A DNA stretch of 63,354 nucleotides, filler included, from Stramenopiles sp. TOSAG23-3 (taxonomy: Eukaryota), in assembly GCA_900128585.1 (NCBI GenBank). It is 9 parts of 9 records of this genome, joined end to end, with 100 filler letters (N's around TTAATTAATTAA, not from the genome) between each part and the next. Parts side by side here need not be neighbours in the genome. Positions count along the whole stretch, not along the records: positions 44,956 to 56,081 come from LT642759.1; positions 56,182 to 57,900 come from LT645487.1; positions 58,001 to 59,718 come from LT645488.1; positions 59,819 to 61,536 come from LT645489.1; positions 61,637 to 63,354 come from LT645490.1; 4 more parts are not named here. One strand, written 5' to 3'. Below the pieces are notes generated by a model. That model saw only the letters and a list, made by a program, of their open reading frames with translations, was not told the origin of the DNA and ran no database searches. Positions 54,605 to 63,354 of this stretch are shown piece by piece. The first letter of the stretch is position 1. Each line of letters starts with the position of its first letter. A program made the translations under genes and the position numbers.

Positions 54605-56002
54605 ATTTGCTTCGTCCTTGCGATTACATTTTCAAGCAAATTTGTACATTTAAAATTTTCGCTTGTGCATTCAATTAGCAGGTTTTTCTACGGAAATGGT
54701 AAATACTTAGTTTTAATGTTTTATTTAATTCAAGACTTGTACAAATTAAATCTACAGAGAGAGAGTTAATTCCCTTTTTAAATTCCTTCCAAATTGTCTT
54801 CCCGCTTCTTCCCACACACATTTTCAATTGTTGAGAGTTGAGAGTTGAGACCCCCCAAATCTCAATTCATTCTTCTTGCTATTCGTACGGTACGGTACCC
54901 GTACGGTACCCGTACCAGTACGGGTTCGGTCTTGTCGTCTGTGATCTGTGATGAAGAGTTCAATAACTACATTATTAATATACTAAATATTATATAGGAA
55001 TATTGTTTTTATTTATTTATCCGATACGATTTTATATTTTTATTATTATTATTCTTTCGACGACTAATTTTTTATTATTTTTTTCTCTTTTCTTCTCCTA
55101 CTAGTATTCTATTGTGTTGTGTTGTGTTATTATTGGTGTATAAAAAAAAATGTGATAAAAAAAAAAACTATTATTTATTACATACATATATATTCTACAT
55201 TTATTTCGAATGTAATACCTAACCCCTGATGTACAATCAACCACAAGGTGTGTAAAAAAAAGATAAAAACAAACTGAATTTCAATGAAATGAAAGAGAAA
55301 GAAGCACAGGGATGTGAATCCAACCGTTTTCATTGATTTTTTTAATACTGATATATATACAAGCTCCAGCGTGTGGGACCGCTCGCTTTCAAGTGTAAGA
55401 CTCTGCCAAGTACAATAAGGGAACTAAACCTGATAAGAACACTTGCACTGAACCCTTATCAAAATTGTACCTTTGTGTGTGTATGTGTATTCCCTACTTA
55501 CTTGTGCTATTACACAACAAACAACCCTCAAAACCTTCTCTTACCATTTGAAATACATCATTACAGCTACACAAAGTATAACTTTAATGCAACAATTGTT
55601 TCTTTCTTTTTTAGAGTGTCTAACAGAATCAATCGCATGTAAGTATAAGTGTTCTTTCACCATTCCTAAACATCCTCATGCTATTCTTATATAAAATATA
55701 TGTAAATGAAATAATTTGCCAAATTCTTCTAAGCTATCAGAGGAGTTGTTAGTTGTCTGCTTCGTATATTATTACATTATATATTTCATAGACTATGTAT
55801 TCGTTCTTCTACATCATAGATCATAGATACGACGAATAACAGGTATTAATATTTTATGGAATTAAATATTGCTTCTATGCTATTCCCATAATAATAATAA
55901 TAACAACAAACGGCTAAAAATAAAAATCAGAATGTCAGAATGTATCACATGACATGACACTGATCGATCACTGATCACTGATCGATCACTGATCCGCGAG
56001 TG

Positions 56003-56076
56003 AAGAAGAAGAAGAAGAAGAAGAAGAAGAAGAAGAAGAAGAAGAAGAAGAAGAAGAAGAAGAAGAAGAAGAAAGA
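56003..56076. repeat. (GAA)n microsatellite at contig end
   Basis: Direct reading. Confidence 0.95.
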
Positions 56077-56081
56077 AGGAG

Positions 56082-56181
56082 NNNNNNNNNNNNNNNNNNN
56101 NNNNNNNNNNNNNNNNNNNNNNNNNTTAATTAATTAANNNNNNNNNNNNNNNNNNNNNNNNNNNNNNNNNNNNNNNNNNNN
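56082..56181. other. Artificial contig linker
   Basis: 44N-TTAATTAATTAA-44N. Confidence 0.99.
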
Positions 56182-56260
56182 ATATTGTTCTTGAACTGAC
56201 ACCTTCTTTTTTCTTTAATTTTAATTACTATAAAATAACAGCCAATTTTTCTTGTTTTTA
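56182..56260 (-). repeat. Dispersed repeat module A, cut by contig start
   Basis: Reverse complement of 26176-26254, one mismatch. Confidence 0.92.
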
Positions 56261-56478
56261 TTATGCCAAACGTTTCACCCTAAAACCCTAAACGCACAGA
56301 CGAACCGATTCCCCCCCCCCCCCGCAACAATGATCCCATTCTGAGCGCAAAAAATGTATGTACATAATAGATCATTCTGGATTTACATTTATGTCGAAAA
56401 AGAAACCAAGCATATTTTGAGAACGATTACGAACTCGGTAAAAAACTTATCACTTGCCTTGCCGTTTTATATTATGGC

Positions 56479-57492
56479 TCAAAAAGAACTGTTTTTTGGT
56501 AACCCGGCAGTGGTAAAAAAATAATATGAAAACCAACAGCCAACAGTGCAAACCAGAACAACCATAAACACAGCACTAATTTCAACAACTCCAAGATAAA
56601 AAGGTTGTTTGGGGTAAGTAGAAACAAAATCACCCATAAAATGTGATGCGAGCCCTCCTGTAACCGATTTCTGCTCGCAAACCGTCTCTAAGCGGCAAAA
56701 ATTTTCATCTGAAATATCCTTATAGGATGAAGTATTCATATTTCTTAATTCATTGCCTATAGTAGACATGGAAAGAGATTGCGATATATTTGGGCACATA
56801 TTATAGTCTCCATTTAAACAGTGAAATATACTGCTTCGGACCGATGTATGCAAACGAAGTACTTTTTGGCACTGAGACCAGCAAGGCCGAGGGTCAAAAC
56901 ACACGTAGTATTCGATGGAAGTACCAAAATGCATGTGGGCACTATTCTTACACACAGTGCACTGAGGAAAGGTAAAGGCACAGGCAAATGATTGAATGTC
57001 GTTTGAAATTGTTGTTGCTGCTGCTGCAGATATATTTGATTTTATGGCATTCCACATTTCGCGCGCGTAATAGTCATAAGAATTTCTTGCACGAGTAAAG
57101 CGAATACTGGAAGTGAAGTATTGTTTTTTATTTATAGCCAAATTGTCAACGACCATGCCACAAAAACCACTTCGTGTTGATAATGATTCAGAGATACCAT
57201 TGTTACACCGACAAGACGTCGCCATTAAATCTTTTTCGTTCCCAAGGAAGTTAGAAATGAAGCTTCCGTAAAAACTTTTTCGGCACCCATATATATTGTT
57301 TAAACACGAGTGAGACGCTTTCTTACTACAGGCTGCATCCGCGCCGCGTTTATCACATGCACATAATGTCACTTCATTTTTACTACAGTAAACTCCAGTA
57401 CTTGTTTTGTGCTTACAAACATTTATAGACGAGCAGTTGGCGATGGCAACGAAAAATGTTAATACAATGTAGACAGACTGCAATACAATCAT
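56479..57492 (-). CDS. Cys-rich type I membrane protein with Frizzled-CRD-like segment
   Basis: Signal peptide from ATG 57492, many Cys, QSFACAFTFPQC...PCWSQCQKV, C-terminal TM ISAVFMVVLVCTVGCWFSYYFF. Confidence 0.7.
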   Translation of the reverse strand: MIVLQSVYIVLTFFVAIANCSSINVCKHKTSTGVYCSKNEVTLCACDKRGADAACSKKASHSCLNNIYGCRKSFYGSFISNFLGNEKDLMATSCRCNNGISESLSTRSGFCGMVVDNLAINKKQYFTSSIRFTRARNSYDYYAREMWNAIKSNISAAAATTISNDIQSFACAFTFPQCTVCKNSAHMHFGTSIEYYVCFDPRPCWSQCQKVLRLHTSVRSSIFHCLNGDYNMCPNISQSLSMSTIGNELRNMNTSSYKDISDENFCRLETVCEQKSVTGGLASHFMGDFVSTYPKQPFYLGVVEISAVFMVVLVCTVGCWFSYYFFTTAGLPKNSSF

Positions 57493-57900
57493 CACCAAGA
57501 CTGGAAATCTCGGAGTGCATTATATGACCATAAATTGATTTGAAATAATTGCAGTTACTAAGGGTCAACTCTTTGCAGTAATATTCATTCTGGAAAGTAG
57601 TGTAAAAGAGGTTCCTCTAAAATATTGGAGACGACTACTAAGTAGTAATAAACAAAGAAAATGATCATACAGCAGAAAATGTGCAACATAAAAAAAATTT
57701 GTACTACCGACCCGTCGTCTTCTTCTTCTATTTATATTACATTTTAAATTTTAATATACCAGTTATTCCCGATGTCTAAGGCGTCATAGGCGCCTATCAA
57801 GGTTATCTAAATAATGCTATTTACCTGCTAATTTGAACTAACTAAACAGTAGTAGGGCGTTAGTATAGGGATATTGGCTATTAAGTATAAACTATCAAAC

Positions 57901-58000
57901 NNNNNNNNNNNNNNNNNNNNNNNNNNNNNNNNNNNNNNNNNNNNTTAATTAATTAANNNNNNNNNNNNNNNNNNNNNNNNNNNNNNNNNNNNNNNNNNNN
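57901..58000. other. Artificial contig linker
   Basis: 44N-TTAATTAATTAA-44N. Confidence 0.99.
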
Positions 58001-58002
58001 AT

Positions 58003-59718
58003 GCCCACCCGATGATGGGCCCTGATTCAGTAAATGCATGTGAGGGGGTTGTCAAAATGACAGGGGCCCGTGTCGGCTTCACAAAAGCGTCAGACGAAGA
58101 CCATGCTCTGAAGTTATGTTACAGATTCGGATCAGATAATTACAAATTGTACAGCGACTTCCGTTTGTTCGTCGCTGCCGTTTCTGCTATTAGAGTAGAA
58201 TTCGGAGACAGTGCGGTAGCAGTGGTAGATGTCCCGAAAGTGTTTACCTTTGAGGGAACAGGCGTTGCGATTTCTGCGGTGGAAGATCAAGCGAAATACG
58301 TTTCTTCCGCGGAAGTAATAACATCAGAGGATTGTAGTGATGCCATAAGCCCTTTGCGTGAGGGCGCATACAACATTTTCGTCCGCGGCGACAGGTCAAT
58401 AGCGTTGAATTTCAAGAGTCAAACACCGCGAGACTACCCGTTAGTGTTGTGTTACAAATTTGGAACCGAAGGTTACGTCCTAATGAAGGAGTTTCAAATT
58501 ACTGTCAAAGACCTCACCTCGTATGAAGGGGCACGGGCGCTGTCGAATGCGCCTCGTGCAGTGAAATTCTTTGGCAACCATGTGTCCGATTACATATTTG
58601 GGCTCGGGGGAGAAGGCGCAGGCGTTGCAGATACTGCAAAATGGGTTGTTGCTGACAAGCCTTGTTCAGCAACCGCCGCGCTTTCCTCCGCAGTAGGCAC
58701 CGTTGCACGAAAGGCGTGCGCATCTGAGTACGAATGCTCGCTTGAGCCCAGTGGGGATGCCAGTTTCATTTTCGCTGACGTTGCCGAGACCACGAAGTTG
58801 GTGCTGTGCTACCGTTTTGCGACCGAACCCTATAAGCAATTCCAGAACATATCACTGGAGGTGACGATGCCCAATATTACTGGCATATCGTCGCAAACGG
58901 TTGTGGTTCACGCCGCAAAGACGATAAGACTGCAAGGAACTCTGGGAATCACTCTCAACGACGTGTTAAAATTTGTTCCCTTTGGAGCAAAAGATTGCAC
59001 CGCAGAGAATGAGATGGGTGATGAAGACGAGCTCTCCGCGAACAACACGGCCCCAGTGGTGTACGGCAAGGATGGCTATTTGGAAAAGCAAACTGTGCTG
59101 TTCTTGTCGAAAACCCCTTCGAGCGGCCAAGCGTTGAAGCTGTGCTACAAATTTGGTGCCGGGCCTTTCGTGCTGTTTCCTGGAATAAAAATATACGGGA
59201 AACACTTAACCGGTGTTACTATGTTAAATACCGGTAACTCTGAAGTAATCCTGGGTTCACAAACTTCCTTTTTGTTTTCAGGGTCAGGCGTTCGCGACGG
59301 TGATATAGCGAAGTGGGTCCCTCCTTCGGCACAGACGGATGTGGACTGTTTGACTGCAGGCGATGAGTTTGCATCAGCCTCAGTGGAGGAGGCGGTGGCG
59401 CAGTTTCGTTTTGCCAAGCAAATTGACAACGCGAAACTTTGCTACCAGTTTACTGGGGAGTTGTTCAAATTGTATAGTGATATTTCCATAGTAGCCGAGG
59501 GCGAAGAGATAGTAGAAGAGTATGCTAACAAGCGTGCTGTAGTAACCTTGAAGCTAAACGGCGATTTAGATACCATTCCCGCCGGCTCACCAGAGAGATC
59601 TAACTTCGAGATCAGCTTTAAAACAGACGTTGCTAAGGCGGTGGGCATCGGTTTAGAGCGAGTTATTATTGTAGAAATAAAAAGGGGCTCAATTGTTGTA
59701 ATTTTTACTGTCGAACCC
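58003..59718 (+). CDS. Internal fragment of a large extracellular protein with ~110-aa repeats and a SEA-like domain
   Basis: Frame open across the whole contig; five LCY(R/K/Q)F units; terminal FKTDVAKAVGIGLERVIIVEIKRGSIVVIF. Confidence 0.85.
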
Positions 59719-59818
59719 NNNNNNNNNNNNNNNNNNNNNNNNNNNNNNNNNNNNNNNNNNNNTTAATTAATTAANNNNNNNNNNNNNNNNNNNNNNNNNN
59801 NNNNNNNNNNNNNNNNNN
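59719..59818. other. Artificial contig linker
   Basis: 44N-TTAATTAATTAA-44N. Confidence 0.99.
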
Positions 59819-59819
59819 T

Positions 59820-60965
59820 AGGGAAGAGTTCATAGACATTCGGTGCGCAATCGGGTCAAAAGAAGATGGCCTTTCCATTGCTGCGATGGAGTATTACAGG
59901 ACGCTCGCGTATGCTGCCCTGCCGGTGGCCCTTGTTGCAATGTCCACATTCTGTTGGTGCACATGTGGCCGTACCGTCCCTCGTCAGGAGCGCCGTGCAA
60001 TGATGGCAGGAACCATTGTGATACTGCTGTACTTGGCATACCCTTCTATTTCCGCAACTGTGCTTGGGCTGTGGAAATGTGAATACATCGATGGGGTGGG
60101 TTCTGTGTTTGTGGTGGACCCAGAGACATTGTGCACCGACGAAATCCACAAACACTGGCAGAATCTGTTGGGCTTGCCATGTGTCCTGGGGTATGTTCTT
60201 GGCCTCCCTGCCACTGCACTGGTACAGCTCTACCGTGTCCGGTCGAATCTGGACGAGCCCCTGACCCGTATCCGGTTTGGCCAGCTGTACACAGGGTTTA
60301 CGCGCGATAATTACATGTACGAAGGCTGGGTGACACTACGAAAGCTACTGATCATTCTTACCGGCATTTTTAGCAACAAGCTTCAGGTCCTCTTGGCCAT
60401 TGGCTCGGTCGTCCTGCTCCTGACGCACACAGTGCTGAGGCAACCGTACACCAGTAAAGTATTGACACAGCTGGACACCCTTCTCCTCTCTTGCTGCTTT
60501 TTGACCTACTGGATGGGGGGCATTTTTGTGGTTTACCCACACTGCCAGTCCGCAGACGGCGAGGCCGCGATTTGCAAGGTTGGCGAAGTGTCCGTTCTGG
60601 TCATAAATGCTTCGTGCTGCGTCATTGGGCTCGGCACTTACACCTGGTTTGCATGGTCAGAAAAGCGCGAAAACGTATACAAGCTGTGGAGTACCCTTGC
60701 CAAGACTTTTCGCAAGCGTGTGCCCGAAGAAGAAATTTTGAATATCCGCGTTGAACTTGACGATATCACTCGTTCCAGCCTGATCTCTCAGCCTTTCGAG
60801 ATGTTTGAGCAGGTTCAGAAGGAAGTGAAACGGCTCCGAGCGGTAAACTTGAAGTTGAAAGGGGAGAATCGCCGGCTGGAGAAGATTGTTAAGAAGATTG
60901 AAGAGGAAGAAGCCCCCGTGATGGTTGCCAACCCAATGGCTGTGGGAAGGAGGGTAAAAAGGTAA
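59820..60965 (+). CDS. C-terminal multi-pass domain (TRP-like/7TM type) of a larger membrane protein, 5' truncated
   Basis: Frame open from the linker; LLYLAYPSIS, RFGQLYTGF...YMYEGWVTLRKL, LRQPY...LTQLD pattern; coiled-coil tail. Confidence 0.8.
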   Translation, partial: REEFIDIRCAIGSKEDGLSIAAMEYYRTLAYAALPVALVAMSTFCWCTCGRTVPRQERRAMMAGTIVILLYLAYPSISATVLGLWKCEYIDGVGSVFVVDPETLCTDEIHKHWQNLLGLPCVLGYVLGLPATALVQLYRVRSNLDEPLTRIRFGQLYTGFTRDNYMYEGWVTLRKLLIILTGIFSNKLQVLLAIGSVVLLLTHTVLRQPYTSKVLTQLDTLLLSCCFLTYWMGGIFVVYPHCQSADGEAAICKVGEVSVLVINASCCVIGLGTYTWFAWSEKRENVYKLWSTLAKTFRKRVPEEEILNIRVELDDITRSSLISQPFEMFEQVQKEVKRLRAVNLKLKGENRRLEKIVKKIEEEEAPVMVANPMAVGRRVKR

Positions 60966-61409
60966 AGATAGCCACATAACAAACCGTAACATAACAATTC
61001 GAAACAAACTGGACGAGCCGCGCACTTGCCCCCGATTTGGGCTACTGTACGACGGGTTCCCTCGGTCGAACTATCTGTACGAGGGATGGCGCGTCGCAAG
61101 TTGTTGGTAATTTTTCTTGGCAACTTTAGGCAGGGCTGGTCTGAGGAACGTCGCCGTTTGCGACACTCCGAAGAGGACGACGACGGCGCATTGCCAGTAG
61201 TTTAAATATTACAATAGCAAACAAGATCATCGACTAATATAATAATTATTAATTATACTTGGAACTTGGAATCTCTACTATATTATCCTAATATTTATCT
61301 CTTTTTTTTATATTATGATAAATATTGTATTATTACTTTTTTTTCAAGTGTACCTTCTGAAGATCTAAGTCGGTGAAGATTGATTTTCCACTTCAGGGTG
61401 TATTCGTAT

Positions 61410-61469
61410 GTCTCTCCCAAGTTCTGGTCAAGATTCCAACTAGCAAGTAAACAGCGACATAAATGTTTT
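61410..61469 (+). repeat. Dispersed repeat module B
   Basis: GTCTCTCCCAAGTTCTGGTCAAGATTCCA plus AAGTAAACAGCGACATAAATGTTT, matching 26276-26338. Confidence 0.9.
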
Positions 61470-61536
61470 TGAAGGGCTCGTTGTCTGTTGTACTGCTCTA
61501 TGAAATAATGATCGGTATTGAGTTTGATCGTTTCGG

Positions 61537-61636
61537 NNNNNNNNNNNNNNNNNNNNNNNNNNNNNNNNNNNNNNNNNNNNTTAATTAATTAANNNNNNNN
61601 NNNNNNNNNNNNNNNNNNNNNNNNNNNNNNNNNNNN
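61537..61636. other. Artificial contig linker
   Basis: 44N-TTAATTAATTAA-44N. Confidence 0.99.
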
Positions 61637-62135
61637 CCCCGGTGGTCGCAATTATTTAAAAAAAAAAATGTTTTTGCTAGTCGTCTAATAAACAATGAAG
61701 CAATTTCATTTATTCCTTTCTTTATTATTAATTATTAAAAAGAATCGTTGTAATAGGAATATTATATTAGAATAATAAATAATATTATAAGTACAAAATA
61801 TACAAAAAAAAGTATCAGTTAAAAATAATTATATTTCTTCGGCATTGTATTGTGTATTGTGTAGAAATAATAATTGGACATCACTCACTGGACTCACACA
61901 AGAACTAATTTTGTACAGCTATTGTTCGTTTCATTATGGTTTATTTGTTACTACAAAAAATAAGTAAGAAAGTATTACAAAAAAGAAGAAGCCTTTTCTA
62001 CAACGCACTAGTTTGTAATAAGGTATTGTTTTGGCCTTTTCGTGAAAGAGAGACAAAGAAGTCGCAATCAAGGAATTAGTGTCTGTTACTTTTTATGCAA
62101 GAGCCTATATCGATTTACAAGTGACTTAGTAAAGC

Positions 62136-63302
62136 ATGTCGCGACGTAGGCAGAGTGATATTGTGAGATATAATAATACTGGGCAAAAGCGCAGATCAAG
62201 ATTAAATTCTTCTGCGGAAAGAGCTGTGAGGGATCGGGTAAAACAAAATCTGAAGCTCAGATCAATACCTCAAGAATATCAAACGGGCGTTATTGACAGT
62301 ACCGTGCAACAGATCAATGATGTTTCGCACCAAATTAATATTAGTGGTCGGAAAAGATTTTCAAGTCCGTCCATGAAAGCTTCCAGAAACAGAGGTGACA
62401 CACTCCAGCACGCTTCCAAAACCCCATTAGAACAGAACCGGTTTGATCGGCGTCGGCGGCCACCTCCTCCACCACCACCGCCACCATTTGTACAGGAAGC
62501 TGAAGAACAACCAGCAGTGAAAAAGCTCATTAATTTTTACGAAGATTGGCAAGCTGATGATGGCAACGTTTCAATCACAGAGCAAGAAGAAGATCTCATT
62601 GCCGAACTATACCAAAGAAGAGATCTGGGAAGTGATGAGCAGCGACTGCAGGGTAGTAGTACCCAGCGTAGTCCTGATAGTGAGCGGAACATTCCCCATT
62701 TTCCGATGGGGGCGCTTCAAAAAAGGGAAGAACACCATTTAAAAAACGTTCAGCAAATAGAAATAAAAAGTCACGAGTCAATGAAATCAGCGACACAAAA
62801 ATTTAACAAAACTTTGGAAGAATCAATGAAAATGAACGGTATTCTTCGTCAAAAAATTGAAGTGCTAAATCTTGATAACCGAAATACACAAGAAAAATTG
62901 AGCAAAAAGCTGAAAAGGGTAACAAAAAAACTGCGAGAGACGGAAGTGTTTCACGAAAATTACCGTGCAAAGGCCAGAAAACAATCTCAAAAATCGTTTG
63001 CTAGTACATTGTCTTTGCAAAAGCTATTGGGATCCCTGCAAGGGAAACGTGCTAAAGAGGAAATGCAATTGCCTATAAATGAGCGAAGGAAAAATGATCC
63101 CTTCTGGTTTGTTATACAAGATTTTGGTGTACACGTTCAGTCACCCGACGGGAAAGTTAGCAAAGTGCGTTGGCAGGGAAGGGTAGATGGGAAAAGACAA
63201 ATGAGTTTGGCCGAATTCCAGAAGCTGGAACGGGACTCTGATCTTCTTTCCAAAAACTGGTTTGAAGATATGTCGCAAAGAGGTTCAGAGCTGCGGAGAT
63301 AA
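62136..63302 (+). CDS. Coiled-coil protein with poly-Pro tract, unknown function
   Basis: 388-aa ATG-initiated ORF; RRRRPPPPPPPPP; heptad region. Confidence 0.8.
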   Translation: MSRRRQSDIVRYNNTGQKRRSRLNSSAERAVRDRVKQNLKLRSIPQEYQTGVIDSTVQQINDVSHQINISGRKRFSSPSMKASRNRGDTLQHASKTPLEQNRFDRRRRPPPPPPPPPFVQEAEEQPAVKKLINFYEDWQADDGNVSITEQEEDLIAELYQRRDLGSDEQRLQGSSTQRSPDSERNIPHFPMGALQKREEHHLKNVQQIEIKSHESMKSATQKFNKTLEESMKMNGILRQKIEVLNLDNRNTQEKLSKKLKRVTKKLRETEVFHENYRAKARKQSQKSFASTLSLQKLLGSLQGKRAKEEMQLPINERRKNDPFWFVIQDFGVHVQSPDGKVSKVRWQGRVDGKRQMSLAEFQKLERDSDLLSKNWFEDMSQRGSELRR

Positions 63303-63325
63303 AAAGAGTCATAAATAACTGTAAC

Positions 63326-63354
63326 TGGAATCTTGACCAGAACTTGGGAGAGAC
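63326..63354 (-). repeat. Dispersed repeat module B, cut by window/contig end
   Basis: Exact 29-nt reverse complement of 61410-61438. Confidence 0.92.

Noticed and set aside
18125-55795. TAGACTA/TAGTCTA seen about ten times in spacers
   Set aside because: AT-rich 7-mer; only around twice my rough chance expectation.
56278-56293. CCCTAAAACCCTAAA telomere-like sequence
   Set aside because: Only two imperfect units, internal to a contig; chance or a telo-box at most.
58003-60965. Repeat ectodomain and 7TM-like fragment read as one receptor gene
   Set aside because: Separated by an artificial linker; both contigs are 1718 bp and adjacent only by sorting.
60815-61200. GC-rich stretch with an open minus-strand frame downstream of the 7TM-like gene
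   Set aside because: No in-frame ATG and no recognisable motif; may be UTR or a gene remnant.
11162-61636. Eight identical TTAATTAATTAA palindromes inside N runs
   Set aside because: Synthetic six-frame-stop linkers; the contigs are size-sorted, so these are not biological and imply no synteny.
61410-63354. Perfect 29-bp inverted repeats apparently enclosing the 62136-63302 gene like a TIR transposon
   Set aside because: The two copies are on different, arbitrarily joined contigs; they are treated as dispersed repeat copies.
1-63354. tRNA, rRNA, transposase, reverse transcriptase, Fanzor/TnpB, viral genes or stop-codon reassignment
   Set aside because: None recognisable by eye; genes end at TAA, TAG and TGA in the standard code. 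tRNAscan-SE and Infernal were not run.

Overview
Eukaryotic nuclear DNA from a compact, essentially intronless genome: GC-richer coding regions separated by very AT-rich, low-complexity spacers. The window is not one locus. It is nine contigs joined by identical artificial 100-nt linkers (44 N + TTAATTAATTAA + 44 N), ordered by size (11161, 11135, 11131, 11128, 11126, 1719, 1718, 1718, 1718 bp), so adjacency across linkers is meaningless. A Sig1/Ocm-type mastigoneme protein, flagellar-type proteins and lysosomal/endocytic genes point (inference) to a flagellated, probably phagotrophic stramenopile. Recognisable genes: alanyl-tRNA synthetase, RRP41, TSG101/Vps23, a PH-domain dynamin, a sterol desaturase-family enzyme, CSN3, a frameshifted phospholipase B-like gene, an ABCB half-transporter, sedolisin/TPP1, a thioredoxin/PDI, a frameshifted thioesterase, an EgtC/DUG3-like amidotransferase and an ankyrin protein. 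The best leads are: (1) a membrane protein made of two copies of a multi-pass module enclosing a basic NLS-like patch and a RAMA-like DNA-binding domain; (2) a kinesin-fold protein whose catalytic motifs are degenerate; (3) a ~160-bp dispersed repeat found at gene 3' ends on six contigs; (4) a MITE-like inverted repeat; (5) an over-represented intergenic heptamer TACGAGG; (6) an extracellular protein with an unrecognised ~110-aa repeat. All family calls come from motif recognition by eye; no database search was run.
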